Shown: positions 45,143-55,785, counted from the stretch's first letter. The stretch: DNA of 64,000 nt from Candidatus Sumerlaeia bacterium (GCA_019634695.1 JAHCAW010000001.1:48328-112327), one strand, 5' to 3'. Notes: a model not told the origin generated them from the sequence alone. Numbers and translations: made by a program.

Positions 45143-46690
45143 CTAGTTGCTATCCGGGGTCGCATCGGACGGGCCGATGCGGGCGAGTCGTCGCGCGAGT
45201 TGAGCCTCGTGGAGGTTGGCGGGGGTCAGGAGATGCGCGGGGATCGCTTCGATCCAGAGTCCGTCGGACGTGGCGGCGGCCGGCTCCTGGAGCGCGAGGC
45301 CGACGAAGTTGACCAGATCGGTGCTCCAGCCCGCCTGGCGCTTCACGGCCTGCGGCGTGCGGATGCCCCAGAAGGTCTCCCATGCGGCGCAGTGGCGGCC
45401 GAGGTTGGCGCCGCCGCCGCTGCGCCACAGGCGTGTGGCGGCTCCGGCGTCGAGGGCCGTGAAGAGGTTGGCGTTCGGGGCGCGCTTGTGGTGGTCGAAG
45501 CACAGGTCCACGCCGCGCCCGTTGGAGAAGACGTTGGCGGCGCTGGTCGAGCTGACCGTCAGGTCGTGGATGAAGCGGTGGCGGAAGTCGAAGCCGGTGA
45601 TGAGGTTGTCGGTGCGCGAGATGAGCATGCCGTGGTGGCCGAAGTCGCCGCGAAAGGGGATGGCATCGTCGGTGGCGCGAAAGGTGACGTCGGCGAAGGT
45701 GCAGAACCAGGCGCTGGAGATGATGCCGCAGTCGGCGTTGACGATCTCGATGTCGCGGACCCAGCAGTCGCGCACGTTGGCGAAGGCGACCGCGTTGTAG
45801 CCCGCCTCGGTGAAGTGGCCCTCATAGGCGCGCGCGGGGAACTCGACGGTGAGCGACTCGATGCCGCTGTCGGAGACGGAAACCTCGAAGCCGCGAAGGC
45901 GCGGGCGCCATGCGCTGCGGATGTCGTAGCGCAGCGGGCGGTCCAGCACCGCGACGTCGGCCTCGAGGCGCAGGACGCGGACCACTTGCAGCGCGCGCGT
46001 CGTCGCGGGGCGGATCATGCTCGTGTCGCCCGGGTCGCCACCGTACAGGTAGTCGAGCAACGACTTGTCGTCGTCGTCGCGCAGTTCGACGGCGATCTCC
46101 ATGCCGTCGCGCAGCACGCCGGGCTTGGTCACCGTGAGGCGATCGTCCCCGCGACGAGCGGGCGCGGCGATGTCCGTCAGGACCTCCTCGCGAAACGTGC
46201 CGCGGATGCCGAGGAAGCCGTCCGACCAGGAGTAGCCGGAGAGCGGGCGACCGCCGCTGTTGGTGGTCGGCTTCGGGTCGATGTGCTCGAGGCCCTTGGG
46301 GAAGACGAGCACCGTGCGCCCCGGGCCCTCGCCGCGCAGCACAACGCCGGAGCGCCGGATCGAAACGCGATCCGTCAGGATGTAGCGACCGGCCGGAATC
46401 AGGATGGCGCCGGATTCGGTCTCGGCGACGGCGCGCTGGAAGGCGGCCGTGTCGTCGCCCTCGTCGTCGGGCACGGCGCCGAAGTCGGTCACGCGGGCGA
46501 CGACGGCGACGTCGGGGATGGGGCTCTCGCCGGAGCGATAGCCCGCGAACGAGAAGTCGGGCAGGCGCCCGGCGGGATCCCACAGTTCGCCCGCTTCACC
46601 CCAGAGCGCGGAGTGCGTCGGTTCGGCGGCGCCCAGCGACGCCGTCAGCAGGATCGCCGCCAGTCGGGGCAGCATCGTTGCCCGTGTCAT
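45143..46690 (-). CDS. Secreted right-handed beta-helix protein of the pectate-lyase superfamily (glycoside hydrolase/lyase-like)
   Basis: Starts at MTRATMLPRLAAILLTASLGAA with a GGAGGAG RBS. The N-terminal motif VTDFGAVPDDEGDDTAAFQRAVAE..GAILIPAGRYIL is typical of Pectate_lyase_3-type domains. Confidence 0.65.
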   Translation of the reverse strand: MTRATMLPRLAAILLTASLGAAEPTHSALWGEAGELWDPAGRLPDFSFAGYRSGESPIPDVAVVARVTDFGAVPDDEGDDTAAFQRAVAETESGAILIPAGRYILTDRVSIRRSGVVLRGEGPGRTVLVFPKGLEHIDPKPTTNSGGRPLSGYSWSDGFLGIRGTFREEVLTDIAAPARRGDDRLTVTKPGVLRDGMEIAVELRDDDDKSLLDYLYGGDPGDTSMIRPATTRALQVVRVLRLEADVAVLDRPLRYDIRSAWRPRLRGFEVSVSDSGIESLTVEFPARAYEGHFTEAGYNAVAFANVRDCWVRDIEIVNADCGIISSAWFCTFADVTFRATDDAIPFRGDFGHHGMLISRTDNLITGFDFRHRFIHDLTVSSTSAANVFSNGRGVDLCFDHHKRAPNANLFTALDAGAATRLWRSGGGANLGRHCAAWETFWGIRTPQAVKRQAGWSTDLVNFVGLALQEPAAATSDGLWIEAIPAHLLTPANLHEAQLARRLARIGPSDATPDSN

Positions 46691-46733
46691 GTCTGTGCTC
46701 CTCCCGGACGATGGCGCGCGGGCCGGTCCGTCG

Positions 46734-47321
46734 TCAGTAGGGCCCGTACAGGTCGGTCCACTTCCACGTGATGAAGAAGAGGATCGTGTGGCGGATGTAG
46801 CGCGCCTGGGCGCCGACCTCGGGGATTTCGAACAGCAGCGCGTTGTCGTCGGTGTCGAGGGCATGAGCGCCCATGCGCGCGCGCCCGAGCTGCCAGTCCT
46901 TCTTGAACAGACTGATCTCCGGCGTGTTGAGCGAGGCGCCGACGAAGCTGAAGTTGAACTCGGGGATGCCGACGAGGAGCTGGAAGTCGTCGATGCCCCC
47001 CGAGGCGGCGGTCATGCGGACGCGCACGTCGGACTCGTCGGCGTCGTGGGACTCGAGCATGCCCTGGCGCAGCAGGTACAGGCGCATCATGGCTTCGGTG
47101 TATTGCTGGTCCGGGAGGTCGAGCGACTCGGTGTCGAGGAAGTAGCGCTTGCCGGCGACGTTGTCGAGCGCGGGGAACTGGTCGATCGTCATGAGGGAGG
47201 ACTGGGCGATGAGCTGGCGCTCGACGGCCGTGCGGGGGGTCGTCGTCTTGCGCGACGAGACGCACCCGGCGAGGCTGGCGAACAACAGAGGCAGGACGAA
47301 CAGGAGGATAATGCGGTTCAT
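46734..47321 (-). CDS. Lipoprotein of unknown function (195 aa)
   Basis: The N-terminus MNRIILLFVLPLLFASLAGC contains a lipobox. The gene has high GC3. Confidence 0.6.
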   Translation of the reverse strand: MNRIILLFVLPLLFASLAGCVSSRKTTTPRTAVERQLIAQSSLMTIDQFPALDNVAGKRYFLDTESLDLPDQQYTEAMMRLYLLRQGMLESHDADESDVRVRMTAASGGIDDFQLLVGIPEFNFSFVGASLNTPEISLFKKDWQLGRARMGAHALDTDDNALLFEIPEVGAQARYIRHTILFFITWKWTDLYGPY

Positions 47322-47432
47322 GGGACGGACTCCGTGGCTGTTGTGGGCAGCACAATTGGCGCGAGCATGGATTCCGCGCCCCGGGATGTCCACCCAAAAC
47401 GGCCCGCTGGATTGCCGGCACCCGCGCCCACG

Positions 47433-48710
47433 TCAGTGCTCGCCGAGCACCTGCCAGCGATCGGGCGTGGCGACGGGTTCGAGTTCGAAGTAGCGCACGA
47501 GCGCGCGCGCCGTGGCCCGGCCGACATTGCGATGAACCTCCGGCGTCATCACGGCGCTCGGCGTCGGTCCGTCGTTGATGCGGTTGTAGCCGCCCTCGTA
47601 GATGAAGCCCAGCACGCCGTACTCGGCGGTCATGTACTGACGGGACAGGCTCGTGTCGGACGAGGTGCTGGCGCCGCGGAGGTGGTCGAAGTTCGGGTCT
47701 TCCTGATCGACCAGTTCGAGGAAGCGGCGCGTGTCGGCGTGATAGGTGTCGGGCGTGGGATACAGCGGCGGGCGGATGTTGGACGCCGCATGGAAGGCGA
47801 AGTGGGGATTGGCGCCCGAGGTGCTGTGCAGGTCGTTGAAGAAGTCGAAGGAGTTGCCGCCGCCATGCCAGGCGGCGACCTCGCGCACGATGGCGCGGAC
47901 CTCCGGCGAGGTGGTCGCCGACGGGTTGTTCCACACGCGGTTGAGGTTCACCCCGGCGAAGTTGTTGCGATAGTTGCCGGCAACGACGCCGTCGGGGTTC
48001 ACCATCGGGACAATCCAGGTGTCGGCCTTCTGGCGCAGCGCCAGGCCGTCGGGCGTGTCCGAGAGCAGCACTTCCATGATGCCCTCGAGCACGAAGTTGC
48101 CGGTGACTTCGGCGGAATGCTGGCGCGCGATCAGCCAGAAGCCCTTCTTGCCGCCCTCGGGCGCGACGGCCGGGTCGGTCACGCGCAGCAGGATGATGTC
48201 GCGGCCCTGCACGCTCTGGCCGATGGTGCGCCGCGTGACGTGCGGGTGCTGCTCCCACTCGGCAATGCGTTCGAGCGCGTCGCTCCACCGATACGGGAAG
48301 TGGAACGCGACCTCTTCCGGGTCCGCGGTGAACGAGTGCGTGAACGTGAAGACCGGCGAGGCGTGCGAGCGCGCGCCCGTCGTGTGGCTCCACGTCTTGC
48401 CGCCGTCCTGCGAGGCCACCGGCCATGCCGTTCCCCAATGCCCGGGCACATTGTGCGTGTTCGTGCCGAGCAACTGGAAGGTCAGCGTCTGACCGGCCGC
48501 TCCCGCGACGCGGAAGTGGAACCACTGGCGATCCGTCGAGTTCGTGTCGGGGCGGATGCGGAAGCTGTACGTCGACTCGGTGACCTTCGTGAAGTCGGTG
48601 CCGTTGCCGCACTCGAAGTCAGTGTCGAAGACGACCTGCGCCTGAACGGCCACCCCCCAGACCAGCAGGACCAGCAGGGCAACCAGGGGACGCAGACGGC
48701 TGTGGAGCAT
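47433..48710 (-). CDS. M14-family zinc carboxypeptidase (cytosolic-carboxypeptidase-like N-domain), secreted
   Basis: Has a signal peptide, the N-domain motif FECGNG and the segments ARQHSAEVTGNF, MVNPDGVVAGNYR and DLHSTSG. Confidence 0.75.
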   Translation of the reverse strand: MLHSRLRPLVALLVLLVWGVAVQAQVVFDTDFECGNGTDFTKVTESTYSFRIRPDTNSTDRQWFHFRVAGAAGQTLTFQLLGTNTHNVPGHWGTAWPVASQDGGKTWSHTTGARSHASPVFTFTHSFTADPEEVAFHFPYRWSDALERIAEWEQHPHVTRRTIGQSVQGRDIILLRVTDPAVAPEGGKKGFWLIARQHSAEVTGNFVLEGIMEVLLSDTPDGLALRQKADTWIVPMVNPDGVVAGNYRNNFAGVNLNRVWNNPSATTSPEVRAIVREVAAWHGGGNSFDFFNDLHSTSGANPHFAFHAASNIRPPLYPTPDTYHADTRRFLELVDQEDPNFDHLRGASTSSDTSLSRQYMTAEYGVLGFIYEGGYNRINDGPTPSAVMTPEVHRNVGRATARALVRYFELEPVATPDRWQVLGEH

Positions 48711-48807
48711 GGGAGGCTCTCCGACGAAGGACTGGGCAGGAGGGTGTCCGGGGCCGGGGCGCATGGCAAGCCGGGCCTTGGGGGGGTGGCGATTGGGCTT
48801 GCGTTGG

Positions 48808-48833
48808 CATCAGCATATCATGATACGTTGATG
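48808..48833. promoter_or_regulatory. AT-rich 26-bp palindrome CATCAGCATATCA|TGATACGTTGATG (candidate SahR operator)
   Basis: 11 of 13 arm positions pair and the TATCATGATA core is perfect. It lies 40 nt upstream of the regulator's ATG and stands out in GC-rich DNA. Confidence 0.45.
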
Positions 48834-48873
48834 TCCCCGGCGGCGAGAAGGCCCCGGGCCAAGGACCCCGGCC

Positions 48874-49836
48874 ATGCACGCCCCCGCCCTGAGCCGCCTC
48901 TTCAAGGTCCTGAGTGACCCGACGCGCCTGCGCCTCCTGCACCTGATGGCGCTGGAGGAGCTGTCGGTCATGGAGCTGGCCGAGGTGACGCAGTTGGCGC
49001 AGTCGCGGGTGTCGAACCACCTGAAGGTGCTGCGCGAGGAGGGGCTGATCGAGGAGCGACGCGAGGGGGCCTGGCGGCACTATCGGGTGGAGGCGGAGCG
49101 GCTGCCCGAGGGCCCGCGGCGGCTGTGGGACTCGATCCGCGCGGCCTGGGAGGCCGACGACGCGGCGCTGGCGGACCAACGTCGCCTCGAGGCGGTGCTG
49201 GCGCGGCGCACGGCCCGCGAGGGGCGGTTCTTCGAGACGATCGCCGACCGCTGGGACGCGGTGCGCGCCGAGCTGTTCGGCGACACGATCGGCCGGCTCG
49301 TGCTGCGCCCCTTCGTGCCCGCCGATGCCGTGGTGGCGGATCTGGGCTGCGGCACCGGATATGCGTTCGAGTTGTTCGGCGACCGGCCGCGGCGCCTGAT
49401 CGCGATCGATTCGAGCCCGGCGATGCTGGCGGTGGCCCGCCGCAAGGTGAAGGCGCTGGGGCTGCGCAACGTGGAGTTTCGCGAGGGCGACGCGGAGGCG
49501 CCGCCGCTGAAGGCGGGCGAGGCCAGCGTCGCGACGCTGCTGATGGTGCTGCACCATCTGGAGGAGCCGGCGCGGGCGCTGGCAGCGGTCGGACGCGCAT
49601 TGCGGCCGGGCGGCTGCGTGCTGATCGCCGACTTCGCCGCGCACCAGCAGACCTGGCTGCGCGAGACGATGCAGCACCGCTGGCTGGGCTTCTCGCGCCC
49701 GGCGCTGGAGGAGATGCTCGGCGCGGCCGGCCTGCGGACCACCTCGTGGTCCGTGATGCCGGGGCGCTCGTGGGTGACGGAGGAAAGCCGGCGCGTGCAG
49801 GTGCCCGATGGGTTCGTCTGCACGGCCACCAAGTGA
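48874..49836 (+). CDS. sahR: ArsR-type HTH fused to a SAM-methyltransferase-like domain (SahR-like regulator)
   Basis: The N-terminus is [50 protein letters not shown]. The C-terminal [10 protein letters not shown] is class-I MTase motif I. The gene lies directly upstream of ahcY. Confidence 0.65.
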   Translation: MHAPALSRLFKVLSDPTRLRLLHLMALEELSVMELAEVTQLAQSRVSNHLKVLREEGLIEERREGAWRHYRVEAERLPEGPRRLWDSIRAAWEADDAALADQRRLEAVLARRTAREGRFFETIADRWDAVRAELFGDTIGRLVLRPFVPADAVVADLGCGTGYAFELFGDRPRRLIAIDSSPAMLAVARRKVKALGLRNVEFREGDAEAPPLKAGEASVATLLMVLHHLEEPARALAAVGRALRPGGCVLIADFAAHQQTWLRETMQHRWLGFSRPALEEMLGAAGLRTTSWSVMPGRSWVTEESRRVQVPDGFVCTATK

Positions 49837-49939
49837 GAGGAAATCCGACCGCGGGCCGACGGGCCCGTTGGATGAACAGCCGGACCGAAAGCGCGAAACC
49901 CGCAACACTCGACCCCAATTCCCTCGAAGGAGACGTCGT

Positions 49940-51373
49940 ATGACCACCGCACTGAAGACCGAGATTCCGCCGTACAAGGTGGCGAGCATCGACCAGGCCG
50001 CGTTCGGCCGGAAGGAAATCGCCATTGCCGAAACCGAGATGCCCGGCCTGATGGCCATGCGCGAGGAGTACGGCCCGCGCAAGCCGCTCAAGGGCGCCAA
50101 GGTCAGCGGCTCGCTGCACATGACGATCCAGACGGCCGTGCTGATCGAGACGCTCGTCGAGCTGGGCGCCGACGTGCGCTGGGCATCGTGCAACATCTAC
50201 TCGACGCAGGACCACGCGGCCGCGGCGATCGCCAAGGCCGGCGTGCCGGTCTACGCCTGGAAGGGCGAGACGCTGGCCGACTACTGGTGGTGCACGAAGA
50301 TGGCGCTGCTGCACGGCGACGGCGGGCCGGACCTGATCGTCGACGACGGCGGCGACGCCACCATCATGATCCACCGCGGCATCGAGCGCGAGCTCGAGTT
50401 CGAGAAGACCGGCCGCAAGCCGGCCGTCTGCACGGACAGCGAGGACGTCGAGGAGCTCGACAAGATCCTCAACGAGACCCTCGACGAGGACCCGTCGCTG
50501 TGGCGCCGCGTCGGCAGCAAGGTCGTCGGCGTCAGCGAGGAGACCACCACCGGCGTGCATCGCCTCTACGAAATGGAGGCCGCCGGCACGCTGCTCTTCC
50601 CGGCGATCAACGTGAACGACTCGGTCACCAAGTCCAAGTTCGACAACCTGTACGGCTGCCGCGAGTCGCTGATGGACGGCATCAAGCGCGCCACCGACGT
50701 GATGATCGCGGGCAAGAAGTGCGTGGTGCTCGGCTACGGCGACGTCGGCAAGGGTTGCGCGCAGGCCTTCGCCGGCCTCGGCGCCCAGGTCTCCGTCACG
50801 GAGATCGATCCCATCTGCGCGCTGCAGGCCGCGATGGAAGGCTTCAACGTCGTCACGATGGACGAGGCCTGCGCCTGGGGCGACATCTTCGTCACCGCCA
50901 CCGGCAACGTCGACGTCATCACCCGCGCGCACATGGACCGCATGAAGGACCAGGCGATCGTGTGCAACATCGGGCACTTCGACAGCGAGATCCAGGTCTC
51001 GGCGCTGGCCGACCTCGAGTGGGACGAGATCAAGCCGCAGGTCGACCACATCATCTGGCCGGACGGCAAGCGCATCATCATGCTCGCCAAGGGCCGGCTG
51101 GTGAACCTGGGCTGCGCGACGGGCCACCCGAGCTTCGTCATGAGCTCGAGCTTCACCAACCAGACCATCGCGCAGGTCGAGCTGTGGGAGAACCGCAAGA
51201 CGGGCAAGTACGAGAAGAAGGTGTACGTGCTGCCCAAGGCGCTCGACGAGAAGGTGGCGCGGCTGCACCTCAAGAAGCTGGGCGCGACGCTGACGACGCT
51301 GACCGACAAGCAGGCGCGCTACATCAACGTGCCCGTCGATGGGCCCTACAAGCCGGAGCAGTATCGGTACTGA
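49940..51373 (+). CDS. ahcY: Adenosylhomocysteinase
   Basis: 477 aa with RBS GAAGGAG. It carries [26 protein letters not shown], the NAD site [18 protein letters not shown] and a C-terminal KPEQYRY. Confidence 0.95.
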   Translation: MTTALKTEIPPYKVASIDQAAFGRKEIAIAETEMPGLMAMREEYGPRKPLKGAKVSGSLHMTIQTAVLIETLVELGADVRWASCNIYSTQDHAAAAIAKAGVPVYAWKGETLADYWWCTKMALLHGDGGPDLIVDDGGDATIMIHRGIERELEFEKTGRKPAVCTDSEDVEELDKILNETLDEDPSLWRRVGSKVVGVSEETTTGVHRLYEMEAAGTLLFPAINVNDSVTKSKFDNLYGCRESLMDGIKRATDVMIAGKKCVVLGYGDVGKGCAQAFAGLGAQVSVTEIDPICALQAAMEGFNVVTMDEACAWGDIFVTATGNVDVITRAHMDRMKDQAIVCNIGHFDSEIQVSALADLEWDEIKPQVDHIIWPDGKRIIMLAKGRLVNLGCATGHPSFVMSSSFTNQTIAQVELWENRKTGKYEKKVYVLPKALDEKVARLHLKKLGATLTTLTDKQARYINVPVDGPYKPEQYRY

Positions 51374-51502
51374 GCTTCGCTCTCAACCCGGCCAATCGAA
51401 TACTGGGCATAACCCTCTTGACCTGCGCGGGGGGGTTGTGCCCACTTCTTTGAAGCATGGGGGTTGGGATTCGGACCCGTTTCCAGTAGGGAGCACGCAC
51501 AG

Positions 51503-51733
51503 ATGCCTGTCGAAGCCCGGCAGCCTAACCACGCAGAATCCACCGTGAAGGAGGGGGCGCTCACACATTCGGAGCGAGCGGCGCTCGACCAAATTGTGGC
51601 CCGCATGTTCCAGCTCTGGATCTGTGATTCGCTCTCCAAGTCGATTCACGACCAACTGAATGCACGACTGGAACGTGAGATCGGCCACAAACTCTCGCAG
51701 CTCATCCGATCGGATGTTTCTCGCATCCTTTAG
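51503..51733 (+). CDS. Small hypothetical protein (76 aa; could start at 51464)
   Basis: The ORF lies in lower-GC DNA. Its TAG stop overlaps the TA target duplication of the IS element. I recognise no motif. Confidence 0.3.
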   Translation: MPVEARQPNHAESTVKEGALTHSERAALDQIVARMFQLWICDSLSKSIHDQLNARLEREIGHKLSQLIRSDVSRIL

Positions 51734-52861
51734 AGCGGTTGCCAGTATTCATGGCCGAATCGCGCAGGTCTGCGTGTTGAGCGTTTGGCGGTTCATAGCC
51801 CAGCAGAGGGCCTTGTCGAGCCGCTCCATCAGTTCGTCTCGCGTCTTGGCGACGAAATCGATGAACCAGTTGGCCTTGATGATCAGCCACAGGCGTTCGA
51901 TGGGGTTCATGTCGGGCGAGTAGGCCGGCAGGTACAGAGGCTCGAACCGGCCCCACCGAAGGCTCTTCGCGCGGTGCCACGAGGCGTTGTCCATGATGAG
52001 GATCTGGCGGGGACGCTTGAAGGCGATGTCCTTGTTCGCCTCGTCGAGGAAGACCTGGAAGACTTCGCGGTCGGAGTGACTGAACTCGAGGAGGAACGCT
52101 TCGCCGGTACGCGGGCAGATCATGCCGCAGACGTTCATGCGCAGGTGGTCGCCGTTCTTCGTGACGGTCGGTTTGCTCCCCTTCTTCGCCCAGCGCCGCC
52201 GCGGCCGCGGGTCGCCTTCGACACCCATTTCATCTTGAAACCACAGGTCGATCTGCTCGTCGACCATCAACTGCGCGAGCTTCTCGCGAAACGCCTCGCG
52301 GGCCTGCTCGTCCTGGCGGTCGGGCCACGGGCGCGGCACCTTGAGGGCAAAGCCGCGCTCGTGAAACAGCCGCACCACGGTGCGGTAGCTCACCTCGACC
52401 TCCGTGCAATCCTTCAGCCAGCCGTGGAACTTGCGGGCCGTCCAATGCGTTTCGTTGGCAAGAGCCGGGTCCTCGATCACCTTCTCAAAATAGGCGGCCT
52501 GCTCGGCCTGAATCGCCTTCGGCCGACCGGGATGACGGCGGTCGATCAGGCCATCGATGCCCTGGGCGTTGAAGGCCGCGACCCAGCGCCGCAGTGTCCG
52601 TTCGCTCGTGTTGAACAGGGCGCAGGTGAACTCGAAAGTCGCGCCGAGAATCAGTGCCTTCATCGCCAGCAGACGGCGCTTGGCCAGTTCCGACGCGCCC
52701 GCGTCCGCCGCCGTATCCAGATCGGCGGCCGAAGCGTTTTCGGGGTTCGGAAGGACTCGTTCGCGGCTCACGCGTGAGGTAAAACACAGACTCCTCCACT
52801 AAAAAAGGGAAATCTGCACCCAGAGCACACTTTTTTCGGCCAACTATTTTGGCAACCGCTC
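51733..52861 (-). mobile_element. IS630-family insertion sequence (1129 bp) with TA target-site duplication
   Basis: The terminal inverted repeats are GAGCGGTTGCCA (51733-51744) and TGGCAACCGCTC (52850-52861). Both are flanked by TA (51731-32 and 52862-63). The element holds a single DDE transposase ORF. Confidence 0.85.
51749..52771 (-). CDS. IS630-family DDE transposase
   Basis: 340 aa with an N-terminal HTH, followed by WFQDE, IMDNASWH and LPAYSPDMNPIERLW. Confidence 0.9.
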   Translation of the reverse strand: MSRERVLPNPENASAADLDTAADAGASELAKRRLLAMKALILGATFEFTCALFNTSERTLRRWVAAFNAQGIDGLIDRRHPGRPKAIQAEQAAYFEKVIEDPALANETHWTARKFHGWLKDCTEVEVSYRTVVRLFHERGFALKVPRPWPDRQDEQAREAFREKLAQLMVDEQIDLWFQDEMGVEGDPRPRRRWAKKGSKPTVTKNGDHLRMNVCGMICPRTGEAFLLEFSHSDREVFQVFLDEANKDIAFKRPRQILIMDNASWHRAKSLRWGRFEPLYLPAYSPDMNPIERLWLIIKANWFIDFVAKTRDELMERLDKALCWAMNRQTLNTQTCAIRP

Positions 52862-52884
52862 TAGTTCGGCGTGGAGTCCGCATC

Positions 52885-53352
52885 ATGTCGAATGAGCCAG
52901 GGTTCAAGTCTGACCAGAGTGCAAGTCTCGGGTCGGAAGCACAGCAAGAGCTGAGACCTGATCTGGCTGCCTCCGAGGAGTCGGACTCATCGGGCGCGGA
53001 CGTCGCGCTTCCATCCAGCCTCGTCGAGAACGCACCCAGATTCATCCGCGAGTTCATGGCGATTGCCAGCCACTCATCCGGTCCCTTGCCGAATCCGATC
53101 GCGAAGAAGTTTACTGCCGAGCATATTGACAAGCTGCTGGCCAACAGCTCGAAGGAAGAGGAGCACCGGCACAGCCAGTACCTGCATCGCAACTACACTT
53201 GGTTGATCGTGCTCGCTCTGCTCTTGGCCTTCTTGGTGTTCTGCATCCTGAAGATCGAGGACGCGGATTTGGTAAAGATGATCGTGGCGACAGTATTTGG
53301 CTTTCTTGCCGGTGGGCTTGGGGGTTTCGGGCTCGGTCGCGCCACCAGATAG
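52885..53352 (+). CDS. DUF2335-like membrane protein
   Basis: SGPLPNPIAKKFTAEHIDKLLANSSKEEEHRH followed by two TM helices matches the DUF2335 pattern as I remember it. Confidence 0.6.
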   Translation: MSNEPGFKSDQSASLGSEAQQELRPDLAASEESDSSGADVALPSSLVENAPRFIREFMAIASHSSGPLPNPIAKKFTAEHIDKLLANSSKEEEHRHSQYLHRNYTWLIVLALLLAFLVFCILKIEDADLVKMIVATVFGFLAGGLGGFGLGRATR

Positions 53353-53430
53353 TGGCTACGGGTCCACGTTCGCGCCACTTCGGTCCGGTCCATGATTGTG
53401 GGTGCCCTGGAAGGTCGCGGAGCAGCCAGC

Positions 53431-53685
53431 ATGACCACCGACCAGATTCACGAACTGGTGCAAGCCATTCAGACGCGCCTGACGACGCTCGGCAGGTCGC
53501 GAGGGATCGAGCTGGAGATTGCCGAGGACGCGACGACGTTCGAGGACGAGTGGCTCTATGTGGCGATCGCGTCGCCGCGCCAGAGTGTGCATGTCTCCGA
53601 GTACGCCGAGCTCCTGTCGGACGTCGAGAAGGCGCTGCGCGACGACGGCATCGGCAACGTCCTGTTGGTGCCGGCGCGTCCGTAG
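53431..53685 (+). CDS. Small hypothetical protein (84 aa)
   Basis: ORF starting MTTDQIHELV in the lower-GC islet. I recognise no motif. Confidence 0.35.
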   Translation: MTTDQIHELVQAIQTRLTTLGRSRGIELEIAEDATTFEDEWLYVAIASPRQSVHVSEYAELLSDVEKALRDDGIGNVLLVPARP

Positions 53686-53688
53686 CGT

Positions 53689-55704
53689 TCACCGACACTC
53701 GAGTCCCAAGAGTTGCAGCTCGGCGTCGAGTTCCTCGCGCGCGACGGTGCCGTGGGTGGCTTCGAGTTGGCGCGCCAGGGCGGTCGCCGCTGCCGTGTCG
53801 CCCTGCGTGCAGGCCAGGGCGGCGGCGGTCTTGAGCAGGCGCGCGGGCGCGTCGGGTCGCGGGGGCAGGTCCGGCGCGAGCAACGCCGCTGCGCCGGCCG
53901 TGTCGCCGAGGCGCAAGCGGGCGAACGCGGCGTGCCAGGCGCTGGCACGATAGCGGGCATCGCGCCGCAGCGCCTCCTCGAAGTGCGGGAGTGCCTGCTC
54001 GGCGCGGCCGAGATCGTGCAACAGAATCACTCCGATGTTCATCGGCGCGACGGGATCGCCGGGCTGGGCGTCGGCCGTCTCGCGAAAGCCCGCCAGCGCG
54101 CCGGCAAGGTCGCCTAGGCCATAGGACGCCTGCGCGCGGAGCTGAATCGCCTGCGCCACGCCGGGGCGCTCCGCCTCGGCCCGCCGCGCGAAGTCCAGCG
54201 CCTCGTCGTAGCGTCGCGCGAAGAACGCCGCGTTGCTCAGGCGCAGGAACTCGCCGTGTCGCACGTTCTCGCTGCGCACCCCCCACCAGTCGCCCCAGCT
54301 CATCGCGGCGCCAATCAGCACCAGCGCCCCGAAGGCCAACACGCGCGGACCGCGCACGCCGCGCGCCGCCACGTGCAGCGCCAGCACCGCCAGTCCCCCG
54401 CCCGCCAGCACAGCCGCCGGCAACACCAGCGGCATCCGCATCCGGCCGCTCGTGTAGTACAACCCGATCGCGCCGGCGGTCAGCACCGCATAGCCCCACA
54501 CCAGCACCATCGCGCGCCGCCGTCCGCGCGTCAGCAAGCCCGCCATCGCCAGCGACGCCAGCGCCCACGGCCACACGACACCGAACCGCCCGGGCAGCAG
54601 CCTGAGAAACAATGACAGTTCGCGCTGAACCGTATAGTCCTCAAAATTGTAGATTTCGCGGTCCGACACCAGGTACAGCGCCTTGCGCGCCATCAGGCCG
54701 AGCCATGCCGCCGGATCGGCGGCGATGGCCGTCCGCGCGCGACCGAACCACCACGCATCCACGGCGCCGAGGCGCCCGCCCGCGGGCGGCTCGGGCACGT
54801 CGCCACGCGCCACCGCCGCGGCGAACTCGTCCAGCGCGTGCCGCCGCGTCGGATTCCCCGCCGCGTCATACGCCCATCGCGCCTGCAACAGATAACGCCC
54901 CGACATGCCCGGCGCGTTCGCGTGATAGAAGTTGTACCCGCCCTGCCACGGCAGCACACGCCACTCGCCGCCCGCCGTCGCGTTGCGCAAACCCACCAAT
55001 CCCATCGCCGCCAGCGGCAACGCCAGAAACACGGTCGCATGGATCAGTCGCCGCACGTGGCCGCGTCGCCAACATCCCCATCCCATCCACACCGCCAGCA
55101 GCGGCAGCACCGGCGTCAGCGTCGGCCGCGTCAACCATGCCAGCGCCGCGAACGCGCCGGCCGCCAGCACCCATCGCATGCGCACGCGCGCCTCCGCACC
55201 CATCCCGCGCACCAGCGCCCACAGCAACGCCGACTGCCAGAAGACCGAGAAGAAGTCGAGCACCAGCCGGTTCTCGAGCCGCACGAGCGGGGCGTGCAGC
55301 GTCAGGAACGCCGCCGTCAACGCGCCGGCCAACTGCCCGCGCGTGCCCGGCCCCGCCAGCCGCCGCGCCACGTCGAACCCCAACACCACCAGCACCGCGC
55401 CGAGCACGTGCTGCACCAGCCGCAGCGCCCAGTACCACAGGTCCCCGGTCACGGCCATCGTGGCCGCCACGATCATCGAGTAGAGCGGCGCCTTGAAGAG
55501 CGGCTCGGCCCCGAAGCCCTCGCCGCGCAACAACCCCCGCGCCGTCTCGGCCGTCTCGCGCTCGTCCAGCAACTGGATCGAGAAGAGCACCGAATCGGCG
55601 CTCGAACTCAGATACGCCAGCCGCACGACGAACGCCACGCCGAACCAGAAGCCCGGATGCCCGAGCCAACCCAGCGGGGAACTGCCGCGCACGTGGGGTT
55701 GCAT
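53689..55704 (-). CDS. PMT/ArnT-like polytopic membrane glycosyltransferase with C-terminal TPR repeats
   Basis: The N-terminal half of about 450 aa has at least 10 TM helices (FWFGVAFVVRLAYL, APLYSMIVAATMAV...). The C-terminus has TPR repeats (EALDFARRAEAERP..., ALPHFEEALRRDARY). Confidence 0.7.
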   Translation of the reverse strand: MQPHVRGSSPLGWLGHPGFWFGVAFVVRLAYLSSSADSVLFSIQLLDERETAETARGLLRGEGFGAEPLFKAPLYSMIVAATMAVTGDLWYWALRLVQHVLGAVLVVLGFDVARRLAGPGTRGQLAGALTAAFLTLHAPLVRLENRLVLDFFSVFWQSALLWALVRGMGAEARVRMRWVLAAGAFAALAWLTRPTLTPVLPLLAVWMGWGCWRRGHVRRLIHATVFLALPLAAMGLVGLRNATAGGEWRVLPWQGGYNFYHANAPGMSGRYLLQARWAYDAAGNPTRRHALDEFAAAVARGDVPEPPAGGRLGAVDAWWFGRARTAIAADPAAWLGLMARKALYLVSDREIYNFEDYTVQRELSLFLRLLPGRFGVVWPWALASLAMAGLLTRGRRRAMVLVWGYAVLTAGAIGLYYTSGRMRMPLVLPAAVLAGGGLAVLALHVAARGVRGPRVLAFGALVLIGAAMSWGDWWGVRSENVRHGEFLRLSNAAFFARRYDEALDFARRAEAERPGVAQAIQLRAQASYGLGDLAGALAGFRETADAQPGDPVAPMNIGVILLHDLGRAEQALPHFEEALRRDARYRASAWHAAFARLRLGDTAGAAALLAPDLPPRPDAPARLLKTAAALACTQGDTAAATALARQLEATHGTVAREELDAELQLLGLECR

Positions 55705-55785
55705 GGGCTATGAGTTCTCCCCGGGAGCGCCGAGCCCCAGCATTGATCAGGCCGTCCGAAGCGCAAGGGAGAACGGGCATTCCGG

